DNA of 63,582 nucleotides, counting the filler, from Octopus bimaculoides (taxonomy: Eukaryota): NCBI RefSeq assembly GCF_001194135.2. It is 4 parts of 4 records of this genome, joined end to end, with 100 filler letters (N's around TTAATTAATTAA, not from the genome) between each part and the next. Parts side by side here need not be neighbours in the genome. Positions count along the whole stretch, not along the records: positions 1 to 16,784 come from NC_068982.1; positions 16,885 to 29,487 come from NC_068992.1; 2 more parts are not named here. One strand, given 5' to 3'. Shown in pieces: positions 13,608-27,952 of the stretch. Under the pieces are notes generated by a model. It was not told the DNA's origin, ran no database searches, and saw nothing but the letters and a program-made list of their open reading frames with translations. Both the position numbers and the translations under genes were made by a program. Within the stretch, counting starts at the first letter, position 1. The number at the start of each line of letters is the position of its first letter.

Positions 13608-15062
13608 TTGGGTTGGCAACTAAGTTCCTGCCGTTTTTTTTAATTTTGGAATTTATCGCATTTTTAAATTCTGGAATCTATTTTTTCCAAGAATTCTATT
13701 TTTGGATCATTTTGGAATCTATTTTGTTCTTTTTCTAGTTAATTTTAGTTAATTTTTGTTTATTTTCAGATCATTAAAATGGACTGTCAAGTTAAGAAAA
13801 ACGAGCATTTTCGACACCTCCTTCTTTTTGCTTTTAATCAAGGTTCTAAGGCTGCAAAAGCTGCTCGCAACATTTATGCTGTGTATGGAGAGTGTGCCAT
13901 AGCTGAAAGAACCGCTCGTGATTGGTATGCCAAGTTCAAAAATGGAAATTTTGACCTCAAAGATGCACCTCGTTCTGGCTGTCCAGTTGAGTTCGATGAA
14001 GAGTGATTAAACCAACTTTTGCACGAAAATTCTCGTCAAANNNNNNNNNNNNNNNNNNNNNNNNNNNNNNNNNNNNNNNNNNNNNNNNNNNNNNNNNNNN
14101 NNNNNNNNNNNNNNNNNNNNNNNNNNNNNNNNNNNNNNNNNNNNNNNNNNNNNNNNNNNNNNNNNNNNNNNNNNNNNNNNNNNNNNNNNNNNNNNNNNNN
14201 NNNNNNNNNGTCAAACGACAAGGGAACTGGCAGAGAAAATGGAATGCTCCCACACTGCTATAGAGAAACATCTTCACTCGATGGGAAAGGTTCAGAAGTA
14301 TGGAGCATGTGTTCCGCATGCTTTAAGTGACAACAAAAATCAACGACCCACAATCTCTGCTGGTTTGCTTGCTCGTCACCGCTCAACTCATGGACACAAG
14401 CAACGATTTCTTTACTGTCGAAGAAAAATGGTGCCTGTACATCAATATGAAGCAGTGTAAGGAATGGTTTAGCCCCGGTAAACAAGCGACACCGCGCGTG
14501 AAACAAGATCTTCATCCGCGTAAAACAATGTTGTGTGTATGGTGGGACTAGGAAGGGATTATCCATTATAAATTACTTGAACGGAACCAAACGGTCAATG
14601 CGGAACTCTATATTCAACACAGGGAACGACTCAACACGGCTATTCAAGAGAAAAGACCTAATTGGCAGCATGGAGTTCTTCTACTGCACGACAACACCCG
14701 CCCTCATATTGCCAATATGACCAAGGAAGCCATTCAAACACATGGCTGGGAAGTGCTGCCACACCCGTCGTACTCTCCTGATTTGGCACCAACAGATTTC
14801 CACCTCTTTCGATCTCTTTCAAATGCTATGCGCGGATATTTGTTCAATACTGATGCAGAATTGAGAGCTTGGTTGAATCAATTTTTTGAGTCGAAATCAG
14901 GTGATTTCTACCAACGAAATAATGAAAATCTTGTTGAACATTGGGAAGAAGTTGTAAGCAACAAGGGTAAATACATTATTGATTAATTAGTTGTTATTTT
15001 TTATTAAACTGTTTAAAAAATTTAAATTTAAAAAAACTGCGGGAACTTAGTTGCCAACCTAA
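13608..15062 (+). mobile_element. Full-length defective mariner (DD34D) transposon, mellifera-subfamily-like
   Basis: TIRs TTGGGTTGGCAACTAAGTTCC / GGAACTTAGTTGCCAACCTAA, followed by TA at 15063-64. Transposase remnants 13779-14986: EHFRHLLLFAFN, CVPHAL (WVPHEL), HDNTRPH and YSPDLAPTDFHLF, with stops and frameshifts. Confidence 0.95.
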
Positions 15063-16740
15063 TACAAGGCACAAACATGACTGTACATATACAAGGTACA
15101 AATATGATTGTGTGCATATAAAAGGCACAAATATGACTGTGTATATATGCTTCACAACCATGGGGTTTCAGGTTGGCCATAGGTCAACCAAAGACTTGTA
15201 AGTGGATTTGGTTGATGGAAACTGAAAGGAACCCAATGTCTGTATACATGTGTCTGAGTATGTGTGTGTGCATGTGTGCATGCATGTGCATGTGTGCATG
15301 CATGTGCATGTGTCACTCCCTGTCTTGATTGTGCAATATTTGTAAATGAAAATCACTGTCATACAAGCAGTGTCATTCATTTTGAATCTTCTCTCAAGGT
15401 CAACCTCATTTGACCTATGTATGTGTGTGTGTGTGTGTGTTATATTGTTATACTGCTTTAATAATGCATGTTGTGTTATACAATTATGGCATGTGTGTAT
15501 GTATGTTAACTAACTTTAATGAGTGCAGATTTACATATGTATGTATGTGTATGTGTGTCATATAACTATCATATATGTGTTAGAACAATACAACCATATG
15601 TGTGTATATGATACCACAAAAATATGGTATTGTACCATAAATGTAGAACCACATGTGTATATGTATATATATGTGAGCGTGTATATTTATACATATATAT
15701 ATACATGCACATACACATGCATATACATACATATATGTGTGTGTGTACCTATGTGCATGATACCACCATGATACGGTGCTGTGCCATCAATGCATATGCG
15801 AGCTGTGATAAGTTGGTTCAATAAACAAGACAGATGCTTTGCTATCCAAACCTGCCTTCTTCATCACTAAAATAAATATATTATCATTCCATAACTGAGA
15901 GTGATAATTACAGCCATTCAACTCCTGTTGTAATGAATGCCTTACAGCTAGAACACAGCAATGAAAATACATTCATTTTCTCCAGAGACCAATAAATATT
16001 AGCTGAGATATTTTCAACATTAGCTCTGCCAGTCTTTATTTATTTAGCCCTCCACCGCTTTAAACTAGCCATTTCATAATCTCAGCATCATCATTTCACT
16101 TACTGACATCTCCAAAAAACAATCAGCCAACCAACCGAACAAACAAAAACAACTTGCAACATCTATTTTCTAGAGACAACCCTCTAACATTTCATGTAAA
16201 CAAATCATTAACTGGAGTTGTTCATCTCTGTTCATCTTCAACAATCACCATCCTTTGACTTCTATCAAGAAGGAAAGATTCAACTTAACAATAACAACAA
16301 AAACAAAATGGCTTACAAATTGCCTCAGAAATTTTATAATCATCAAAGCATTATATAACATCTTTGGAGGCCTTTTGCCATATTTGGAACTGGAAAACAA
16401 GACGTTTTATCTTTATTTAGCAAACGCACATGCATGTGTGTGGGGGTATTCTGTTTCAGTTGAGAGGAAAGGATTGAAACAATGTGAAATGGAGTACACT
16501 GCTCAAAGTCACAAAGCACCTCATCCAAAAGTTGAATATAAAATCTAACAATTCTGAGACCACCAAACCACTAAACCACACACTTTTACAGCAATTGCTG
16601 AGGAGATAGTTTAACCCTACAAAGTACTGGCAGTCTGTTTATGGGAAGGTGGTGGGGTGCTTGTGTTCTTAATCCCCGAAACACTGCAGAAGCTGCAGAT
16701 ACACCCCAGCTGAATAGAATGATGGGCTTAAGACAAAATT

Positions 16741-16784
<44 letters not shown>

Positions 16785-16884
16785 NNNNNNNNNNNNNNNN
16801 NNNNNNNNNNNNNNNNNNNNNNNNNNNNTTAATTAATTAANNNNNNNNNNNNNNNNNNNNNNNNNNNNNNNNNNNNNNNNNNNN
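16785..16884. other. Artificial scaffold-joining spacer (44 N + TTAATTAATTAA + 44 N)
   Basis: Palindromic 12-mer at 16829-16840 with stops in all six frames. Exactly 100 bp and identical to two other spacers. Confidence 0.95.
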
Positions 16885-16974
16885 TTTTTTTTCCTTCCTT
16901 CCCCCTCCCAAAAAGAAAAGCTCTACATTGTATTTGTCCCATCTTCGTTGAGCCCTGTGTGGCTAATAAAAGAA

Positions 16975-16977
16975 ATG

Positions 16978-17024
<47 letters not shown>

Positions 17025-17057
17025 TTATCTATCTATCTCTTTCTGTGTGTGTATCTA

Positions 17058-17094
<37 letters not shown>

Positions 17095-17230
17095 TTATTT
17101 GTCAATCAGTCTGTCTGTTTATCTGTCTGTCTATCTATCTATCTGTGTGTGTGTGTGTGCGTGTATCTATCTATCTATCTATCTATCTATATGTGTGTGT
17201 GTGTGTAGCTGTCTATCTCTCTGTCTGTGT
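16975..17230. repeat. (TATC)n/(TG)n compound microsatellite
   Basis: Direct reading. Confidence 0.95.
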
Positions 17231-17619
17231 ATCTATATCTACATATGTATGTGTATACCCTGTGTGCATGGGTGTATGGTCATCTAGAGGACACCAATCA
17301 GATTGCCTCTTCTCATAAATGTTTTAATTATAAAATAGTGCAGCTAAGACTGCAAAATTGAGTTGGCCAAGCCGCAATAGTTGTATTCTCTTCAATGCAC
17401 AACCTTCTAAAAATAAAATTTGAAAATTTTTACATCAGCGTTAGAAGAAATTATAAAAGAAAAAAAAATATTCTTTAAGTAACAAATCTAGTTTTATCTC
17501 AGAGATAAAACTTTCCATGCTTCAATTATCAAAAACTGCTCTTATCAAATTCATATTATTTTTTTCTTCAGATAAACTGTCAAAGAAGTTTCATTGCAAT
17601 ATGGTGATTTTCTGACCAG

Positions 17620-17647
17620 ATCTCTCTCTCTCTCTCTCTCTCTCTAA

Positions 17648-17717
<70 letters not shown>

Positions 17718-17796
17718 AACTCTCCCTCCCTAGCTCACTCGCTTTATATCTTTGGCTATTCAATGCTTACACTCCTTCTCTTGATGTTTCTTTTTG

Positions 17797-17840
<44 letters not shown>
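17620..17840. repeat. (CT)n-rich microsatellite
   Basis: Direct reading. Confidence 0.95.
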
Positions 17841-17844
<4 letters not shown>

Positions 17845-18929
17845 CTTCCCTTGCATTCCTCCTCTTGTTCATCATCTCTTGCTCTTCCCATCCCTTGTTT
17901 TCGTCTTCTCCTCACTTGGTGACTTCCTTTCTTATATTTTCGTCACTACTTTCTTTCTATCAATATATTTAAGATGAAATGTAAAATTTACATTAACCAG
18001 AAAAAAAATGTAAAATTAGGTATATTCAGCAATTTCTGTGATAAATTCTAGAACTTTCTTAGTGTCATTATTTGCAGTAAAGTCAATATTCAGAGATACA
18101 ACATCAATGGCAAGTAATATCTGAATATTTCTTAACAATTTAATTCAACTTTCTGCACATCAGGTCATCAACAAACCAACTAACAAAGCTTGTTATCACA
18201 GAAAATAACATATTATTAAATATATTCAGATTGAGATCTCAGCCAAGTATTCTATTAAAACAGTTCATGAGAGAAATTCTCCCTGTTATTCAGTATTTAT
18301 CATAACATAGAAATATAGAGTATCAATTTTAAATATCAGAGAGTTGAATATATCAATTTCTTATGAGGAATGTAGAATTCAATAGGCTTCAGGCATTGCA
18401 CTTGATCTGAGAGTGAGAAATGGAACAGAGAACAGTTCATTCTTATTCTTAGACAGAAGGACAAGACCTGAAATATGTATTTAACTCTGCTGAAGTAGAT
18501 CATTATTCTATTATCGTTGGATTATGAATTACAGATTATGTGTTACTCTGCGCATGTGTATCATCATCATAATTTAATATCCACTTTTCCATGCTTGTAT
18601 GAGTTGGATAGACTTTATTTGAGGCAGATTTTCTGTGGCCAAAAACCATTCCTGACAGCAAACTTCACCTTTAGCCCCAAGCAAGGTAATATTTCCCCAT
18701 GGTCAGACATGTTTTCACAGAATATTGGAACAGGATGGCACTGCTTGTATGACAGTGACATTCATTTACAACTAAAACACAATGTTAAGAAAAGGCGACA
18801 CAAACACACATACCGAATCCACTTACAATGCCAAAGTGGCTCCAAACCATATCAAAAACCATATGGTTAGGAAGTAAACTTCTTACCATACAGCCACACT
18901 TGCACCAACATATATATATATATATATAT

Positions 18930-19470
18930 GGCAATGACTAGCGACTGAGACTTTTGGAAATATGCTGTGCGTGAGAAGACCCGGCAAGACAAGTGAAACC
19001 ATAACCCGTGGCCTTTACCAGGGGTGTAGCCAACCCACTTATGCGTACCTTTCCTTCTTTGGACACAAAACCCTGCTTACGAAGACCTGTTGAGGCAAGT
19101 GAAATCAAAAGCGAACCAAATTCGATGACTGGCACTCATGCCAACCTTCCTTCATTGGACACTAAAGTCTGCTTGCAAAGACCTGTTGGGGCAAGTAAAA
19201 TCAAAACTGAACCAAATTTGATGACTGGCACCCATGCCAGTGGGGCGCTAACAGCACCATCCAAGCGGGATCACTGCCAGAGCAGCCGTCTGGCTTCCAT
19301 GCTGGTGGCACATAAAAAGCACCATTTGAGCGTTATCGTTACCAGCATCACCTTACTGGCACTTGTGCCGGTGGCACGTGAACAAAACAAACACTCTCAG
19401 AGTGGTTGGTATTAGGAAGGACATCCATCTGTAGAAATCTGCCAGATCAGATTGGAGCCTGGTGCTCCAA
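18930..19470 (+). mobile_element. Long SINE-like element with an internal ~99-bp tandem duplication
   Basis: Two units CCTTCCTTC.TTGGACAC...GATGACTGGCAC.CATGCCA at about 19048-19240. The 3' part matches the minus-strand copies at 8979-9190 and 19471-19910. Confidence 0.75.
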
Positions 19471-19910
19471 TCATCATCATCGTTTAGCATCCACTTTCCA
19501 TGCTAGCATGGGCTGGACGATTTGACTGAGGACTGGTGAACCGGATGGCTGCACCAGGCTCCAATCTGATCTGGCAGAGTTTCTACAGCTGGATGCCCTT
19601 CCTAATGCCAACCACTCCAAGAGTGTAGTGGGTGCTTTTACGTGCCACCGGCACGAGGGCCAGTCAGGCAGTACTGGCAACAGCCATGCTCAAAATGGTG
19701 TATTTTACGTGCCACTGGCACAGAAGCCAGACAGCTGCTCTGGCAATGATCACGCTCGGACGGTGCTGTTAGCGCTTCACTGGCACAGGTGCCAGTCATC
19801 GAATATGGTTCAATTATGATTTCTATTTCACTTACCCCAACAGATCTTCACAAACAGAGTTTAGTCTCCAATGAAGGAGAGGTTGGCAGGGGTGCCAGTC
19901 ATCGAATTAG
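19471..19910 (-). mobile_element. Inverted copy of the same element with a (GAT)n tail
   Basis: CATCATCATCGTTTA.C.TCC.CTTTCCATGCTAGCATGGG...GATGCCCTTCCTAA.GCCAACCACTC, as at 8979-9190. Confidence 0.8.
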
Positions 19911-20129
19911 GTAAATAGAATTATATGTAGTGCTAGAGGTGGGAGTTTTCACATAAGTGCTAGACATTGAAAGTGAGAAAATAACTAGTTTTTGAAATGA
20001 AATATTGTAGAAAAATCTTGTACAATTCCTAAACTGAACATCTAACTAATGAGTGTTAAGAAATAAATTGTTCATCAGACTGTGAATCATGAACTTTTTT
20101 TTTTTTGTCAATTGCTAAAAAGTGGAAAA

Positions 20130-20400
20130 TGAAGTCATTTGGTAATATAACTTGATACCATGACACCCTACTTCAAGCAAATATGGTTATGCATGGACAA
20201 ACCCCTGAAAAGAGATATAGAAAACACAAAAAATAACTACAAAGGTATGGTTGAACAACATCAAGGAATGGATAGAGAGGAAAATGGTTAAAAAAAAAAG
20301 AGATTGACTGATGATTGGAAAAGTTGAGGGGAGGTTATGTCATTTGCTCTGCACCTATAGTTTTCTGAGGCTATGGATGATCAAGTCTCCACACTAGCCA
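20130..20400 (+). mobile_element. RTE-like LINE 3' end remnant
   Basis: FGxIxxHDTLLQA..HGQ...NNIKEWI pattern across frameshifts. Confidence 0.4.
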
Positions 20401-23400
20401 CCTAAAGAAAATCGGTGTCAGTGATGTCAGATTTTTATTTTTATTTTGTTTTGGTTTTTCATGATATTTTTTTTTCACACATTTTTTAAAAGTATTTTTG
20501 TCTCTATTTCATCTTTGAAATTCTTGACTTTGTAGTACCAGAAGATTGAATAATGATCCAAGTTGCAAACACTTTGTCATGCTATACAATGGTCATTAAT
20601 TTTTTAATGTATCTCAGACAATTCTTATTGTACTTTGAATAAAAATTATTCCTTTCTTTACATAATACTGATGCTTTCACCATAGTAAATGCTTGTTAAT
20701 CATACTGGGAATATTTTGCAAGTTTCCATTACTATTGTTCACACTACGCTAATTAATTTTAATACAAGTGAAAACCGTTTTTTCCTTTTCTTTTTTATAA
20801 CTTTTACTTTTTGTTTTTGTTTTTTACTGAAGTTATAGAATTTCTTTGTTGTTTCATGTGTAGCAGACTTTCCTTTATCCATTATTTTAGTTTTTCAAGA
20901 CATTAGAAAAAAAAAAAAAAATGTTTGAATTATATTTTGAGAAGTCAGGACAATACAATTCTAACAAAAATAAAATTATATCTGTTTTATTGATTAAGGA
21001 AAATCTCACACCACAAAAACATTCAATGCATAACAAAGCATTTATTTTTATTTGTATAAGAATTATGCCACAACAACTTGTTTAGAATTTATATTTCAAA
21101 CAAAATTATGTATATTAAAAAAAAATTTAAAGAATTAGCTATCAGTGTCAGCATCATAACACTCTAGGGTGTAGGGAAAAAAAAGGAGCAAAAAGTGACT
21201 GCCAATCACCTACATTTACCTGTCTTATGTGTCAAGAGACGTGGAATCCCATTCAAAACAAATCTAAAATTTTAAAAGTTTATAGTACATGAGGTGGTTG
21301 CAAGAAGATGTTCTTGTTTTGCAATCAATGGGTAAATCTAATTTTGTGTTTGACATAGTAGTAGACATAGCTAAAGCTACTTCACAAATGAATATCTAGA
21401 ACCATTGTAAATGACTTTGTTGTTGGTGGTGGTGTTATTGTTTAACCTACAGGTTAACCCTAGTTGAATAGATCAAAGGCGTTTCCAGCAACAAATATTC
21501 TGCTTTTAGGCAGAATAGGACTCCTACTTCCACCTTCCTATTTCTTTATGACAGTAGGGTATGATATGGAAGTGATTGGCTGCTATTTCTAGTAAGTTGA
21601 ATGACTGTATAGAGTCTCCCTTATTGGCTTGCCTGATTTCCTTTGAGAGTCAGTGATGACACCTGAACTTCTATCTGTGTTTCAAACATAGTCAGCATAG
21701 TAGACAGAGGGCATAATTTCCAGTTGTTATATCTATGGCTGCTATGGTCATGTAGAAGACTTCTTCCAAGCAAAGACAATGACAGTGAGATTGATGAATT
21801 ATTTATCCTTTGACTAATAAAATCATTGTGTCACATATACCTGGAAGACATAAGACCTTTAGCTCAACCATTATTTTCAAATAATCCATCTAGGTAGTGA
21901 CAAAACTGGGGAATGATTATTAACATGTGGCAGTGAAAATACTCTTTATAACTGAGGTACATGGAACAAGGAATGAAACAGTCTTTCATGCAACATAAAA
22001 CACTGTACTTTAGTAGTCTTCAGTCACACTTCTGATCAGATAAAGCATTGCAAACGAAATTGGATAGAAAGAAACAACAGAATCTTATTAAACTACAGCT
22101 GATAGTAGACCTTAATACATCACAAAATTCCACTCACAAGGTAATGGTTAACCTGGGGTTATATCAGAGGACTAAAGCCCTCTGTTGGTGCAGTACTGTG
22201 CAGTGAGATGAAGCCATGTCTTTGTGAAACAAACTTCTTCACAACACAGCCATACATCAGCTTCATGAATTAAATACACCTACCCTACAATGTCAGTCTC
22301 AATATCAACAACCATATCAAAACCTTAAATACAGGCTTTGATAGAGTAATTTTGAGGCTAAGGGTTGGGGGCCAATGTATTCTGATGCAAGCATACAATA
22401 CAGGTTTCCAGTCTGAGAATAGGTCAGTATTTTAATATTTTGTTTCCTATTGCATTAGTTATGATTATGTTTTCCACCTCCATTTCACTCTCTCTAAATT
22501 TTGGCATTCCATAATTGTTTTCCTTCCATCTCTGGCTAAACTATAAAAAATTTAACAGTTAACTTATAAGACATTTGCTAATGAAGCAGTATCCACTTGA
22601 AGATTGGAAACATGCAGTCAGCACTAGGAGTTCACACTTATCAAACTAATTCTTCTCCAAACCATACCATATTTTTAGGTGGTGCATCTAGGTCCAAAAT
22701 ATCTCATGTGTCTGTCCTATTTTTTAAAAGAGGACAAGGGAGATTAGGCTTCTATTTCTAGTGAACACATAGAGACTCCTTCATTGACTCATCTCTGACC
22801 ATGTATTTTTAACTTTGGAAATTAAGTATTTTTCTTATCTGTATTTCATAGCATTAAGAAAAGCATTGACTTGGCATGCTGTTTGTTTGGGATTTTTTTT
22901 TATTTTCCAGAAAATTTCTTTATAACTTACATTTGTAAAATATATTTTGAAATGTCAGCATTCTATATAAACACACACACACACACATAGTGACAGTTTC
23001 AATATATTACAACCTTAGTTATTTTTTAGATTGGAATTTGTTTTTCTTTTAAATAATAAAATTTGATTTAAAAAAAAGAACAACTAGTAAGCTATAGATA
23101 AAATTCTTTTTAGTACCAAGTTTCAAATATCGTTATTTTGTGTTTTATTTTATTGAACACCATTCTTCTTTTATTAGCTTTGGTTTGGTTTATAATTCTT
23201 CTTAGTGACTTTAGTTTTTAAATTTGATTGGCAATAAATTTCAGCTATTTGGAAGTTTTTTATCTATAAAATTTGATTAAATTAACTTTGACGAAAAATA
23301 TGGTGCAGTTTCTATGGAAGATCTTTTGCAGTATATCCACCTTATCACACAGTATGAACCAAAAGAAAATATTCTACACAGATAGTTGATATGTTCTAAA

Positions 23401-26400
23401 TAGCAGCCAAAACTGCCTCACTTTGTACTCACCATAACCTGATAAAAGACAGTGATAATGATGATGAGGCTATATATACATGCATATATGTTGAGCAAGT
23501 TTCTTCTACCATACAGCTGGACTGAACAAGGAATTGATGGAAACTGAAAGAGGACTATCATATATGTGTTCGTGTGGACATGCATGAATGTGTGTTTATA
23601 TTGGTGGTTTTCTGAAAATCATTCATCCGTGGGATTCAGTATGTTTGAATAAAAGATTATATGGTCATGGTTGGAACATCTTTGATCATTAGTCAGCTGT
23701 ATCGGAATTGACCTGGGCTCCAAAGAAACAACAATTACTAATACTACAATAATCTCTGCCCTTTAGTATTAGAAAGCAGCATACCACTTTCACCCTGAAC
23801 CATCCCCTGCTCTGTTTGCCTTATCACCCTTAAAATGTCTCACCCCACTGGTATCAGAATAAACATTTTTATCCAATCATCCCTTACAACAACTACTGTT
23901 CAGTGGAAATCTATCCCTACTCACATTTTACTTAAGCGTATTGAAATCTCAAACTGAACATCAGCTTCATGAATCAAATTCATAATTGCCTGGGAAAATC
24001 TACACAGCACAGGGTCACTACTATCTCCTCATTTCACTGGCTAATATAAAAAAATGATAAACACATACATGACTAGTACATGCATATAAATATATCTATG
24101 TGCATATGTGTGTGTGTGTGTGTGTGTGTGTTGATGGGGGGGGGGCATGTGTTGATTCAATTTTGCATCCAGTTTTCATGCTTGTGTGATTTAGACAAAA
24201 TATTATTCAAGCATTGTTTAACACCTGAATGTCCTTCCTGTCACTATTCCTTACCTGTTTTTCATGTAAGGAATATCTTATTCCTCATGTCTTTGACGGT
24301 GCGAAGTCTATGGGACAGCTTGTTGACAGGGGAAATGTCAACAATGTCACCATAGCCGAGTGATTTTCAGACAAGTATCAACGTAAACACATCAGTATCA
24401 TTCAAGCAATGTTGTTTGTTTCTAGTCTTCCATGAAAAATATATCTGACCATGGGTAATATTACCTTACTTGGAAAGAGGTGAGAGTTGGTGACAAGAAG
24501 AGCCATAGAAAATACAAGTGTAGAAAATCAGCCTCAACAAATTCCATCTCAACCATGCAAGTGTGGGAAAGGGGATGCAAATGGTGATGATGAGGACAAT
24601 ATAAATGTGAGCACACGTGTATACATAAACACATACTCGTATTTGTTAAATAGAAATTAAATATGAAATGTGGTTGTTAATGAAAACATTTTTTCCAGTT
24701 TCTATAATAAATATTCACTATTGTAAATTTTTACAAATATTAAATGGAAATAAATTTAAAATATTAGAAAGGCATAATTTAATTAATTTACTATATATAT
24801 AAAATATGCTGTTTTGATAAAAATGAATGAATAACAAACAAAACCATTTAAAAATATAAAAACTAGAAACATATTGAACTCTACTTAAGCACAAAATCAA
24901 AATTTATAGCAAGGAGGTTACAAACAATTAAATGTACCCCAGTATTTTATCTGGTACTTATTTTATTGACCTTGGAAGGTCAAAAGACAAAGACAACCTA
25001 AGCAGGATGAAAACTAAACTATTAAGAACAAATCAATTGAAGCTAGCAGTGACTGTGTTTGCATAATATCAATAATTCCTAATACAGACAATATTTCTTC
25101 TGTAAATATCCAGCATGTAGATTGTACAGGGTCAGTGCTGAAAATACTGAACAGGATTATATTTCCTGTAATAATTTATCGATATATTTGGACATGTAAC
25201 TCAGAAGACCATATTCAGTGATCTAAAATGAAATTTCATAATTTTCTATATATAACTCTTTCTATTCCCAGAATTTGCAACCAATGTATTTCGTTTAACT
25301 GCTTCACTTATTCTTCTTGTATTTCTCAAGACTATTAAGATATCTCGTTTAATCTCTTTACTCTACATTTCTCTCTTTGCCCCAATCTCTCTCTCTCTCT
25401 AAATATGCACACACATACAAACATATATGCATATATTATAGAATATACATACATACATACATGCACACACACACATATGTACTCACACTCTAAGAAAATT
25501 GAATTACAATGATATTGAAGTTATATAACCTAGTTTTCAGCTAATGTTCCTCCATTCCTGCAAATGTTTCAGTCATAAATCATCCATACAACTACATATT
25601 CAAAGAATAGGTTGCAACTAGAGGGTGATTAGTTTGCTTTAAGAGTTTACATCATCTCATTTGGAAATCAGAAAAACTATTAGACGTTGGACATATGGAG
25701 GTAGGTAGGTATGGCTGTGTTGTGAAGAAGTTTGTTTCACAAAGACATGGCTTCATCCCACTGCACAGTGCCTCACTAGCATAGGGCTTTCGTCCTCTAA
25801 TATAACCCCAGGTTAACCATTACCTTGTGAGTGGAATTTTGTTGTTTGAAACTGTTGGTAGCTTGTTTGTATGTGTGTATGAATTCAGTTACTTATACAT
25901 TTCCCTGAATGGACCTACATAGCAAAGCTATCACATTTATGGTATAAAAATATCTGCAAAACACATATTCCAGTCCCTCTTTCCTTCTTTAACTCGTCTA
26001 CACCTGACACAAAGCCATTTCCCTCAATGCTGCACCCCATCCTCTCTGGGAAGAGATCATGTGTTGTGAGTTTCTTGCTGACCCCACTAGTGCTGGTGCA
26101 CTTCATGAAGTGATAGGTATTAGAAAGGGCATCCAGTCAAAGAAACCTTGCCAAAGTAGACACTGGTGACCAACACAGCCTTCAGGGCAGTCGGATCCTG
26201 TCAGACCATGCCAATGTGGATAAGCAACATTAAATGATGATGAAGCTAGAATTTGATGACTTCACTGAATGGATATCACAACAAAGCTATAATATTTTCG
26301 ATGATATAAAAATATGTATGTTTACTATTTGTGTGGTGTACTATAAGCAGGTAATGTTCATGCACTATCTAACATGCACCCATATATGCTAAACATTTGC

Positions 26401-27903
26401 AACATTACTGTATGTATGTGTGTGTGTTTGTATGCATATACGTGTGTGTTAACCAATATCTTCCACTATTGCATGTTTGTTAAGGATATAAGTATTGTCA
26501 AATAAACTGAAGCGCGTGTCTTCTTTTGATAGTTTATTGTGCAAAAGTCAGCCAGGAGCTAAAAATCTTAATAACTATGTTGTCACTGAAATCTTTTATT
26601 GAATAATACACAATTTTCAGAGACTGACATAAGTTTTTTTTGACAAGGTTATGGAATAAGGCATTTGTTCAAGGTACAGCACAGTAGGACTGACTGTTGC
26701 TTCTCATTATTGATTTATTCAAAATTTTGTATAAGAATAGGGAATTACTTGGACTATTTTGAAAATTTCCTTCAGACCATTTGTTCTACATAGAATTGTG
26801 CATATTTTTCTTGCTGTTGTCACTGTTACAATTGGCCCATTGAAAGCCTATAATCAGTAATACTACTATTTACTAATAGCAAAATAAATATAAAAGTTAT
26901 AAATTATGGGATAATTTATTTCAGTGTTCAGTCTTATTAGAAATCTTTCTATTGTCTGTTGGTTTCATTCCTTTTAAATTTATCTTTTACATCAGTTTTT
27001 ATAGTCTTATGGATTATGTTAAATATTTTTCTTAAGGACCAGAAATAGTTTGAGAATAGATAAGGATTAGATAAGAACATATTTATATTGGAAAAATTAA
27101 AATCTTTATATCCTATTCCAATATTGTAATGTATCTGCAAGCCTCTGCAACTGGAATAAATAATACTATTATCTATAGGAAATCCTATACAACCGATTCA
27201 AATGTTATAACTTGTATCTAAAATTACACTATACCTTCTATACTCTACTTGTTTCAATCATTAGGCTGCGGCCATTCTGGGGCATCGGCTTGAACGTTTA
27301 GTCAAATGAATCAACCCCAGTACTTATTTTTGAAAGCCTGGTATTTATTCTATCAGTCTCTTTTATTGAACTGCTAAGTTTTGGGCTGCAAACACTCCAG
27401 CACTGGTTGTCAAGCAGTGGTGGGGAGTGACAAACACAGACAGAAAAATATACACACATAGGTATACATACATATATATATATATATATATANNNNNNNN
27501 NNNNNNNNNNNNNNNNNNNNNNNNNNNNNNNNNNNNNNNNNNNNNNNNNNNNNNNNNNNNNNNNNNNNNNNNNNNNNNNNNNNNNNNNNNNNNNNNNNNN
27601 NNNNNNNNNNNNNNNNNNNNNNNNNNNNNNNNNNNNNNNNNNNNNNNNNNNNNATATATACTAGGACCAGTAGATTGATATCTGAGCTCAACCTCTCAGC
27701 AGACCCTTCGCTATTGCCATTACTTTGGGTAGCTTTCTCTTAAGACTATTAGAATTTGAAACAAGTTTCCAAAGACTGTCATAAGTTTTGCCGATGAGGT
27801 TGTGGAAGAAGGCATTTTGCTTAAGGTACAGCACTGTATGATTGAATGTTGCTTCTCATTATTGCAAAGCAAACGTTTCTGTTACACCCGTGCTCTAGTT
27901 TAA

Positions 27904-27952
<49 letters not shown>

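Noticed and set aside
16829-16840. TTAATTAATTAA as a homeodomain-binding palindrome
   Set aside because: It is an artificial linker centred in N runs, repeated identically three times.
19008-19415. 135-aa ORF with a repeated 33-aa unit
   Set aside because: It lies inside a multi-copy SINE-like element, and the repeat is that element's internal 99-bp duplication.
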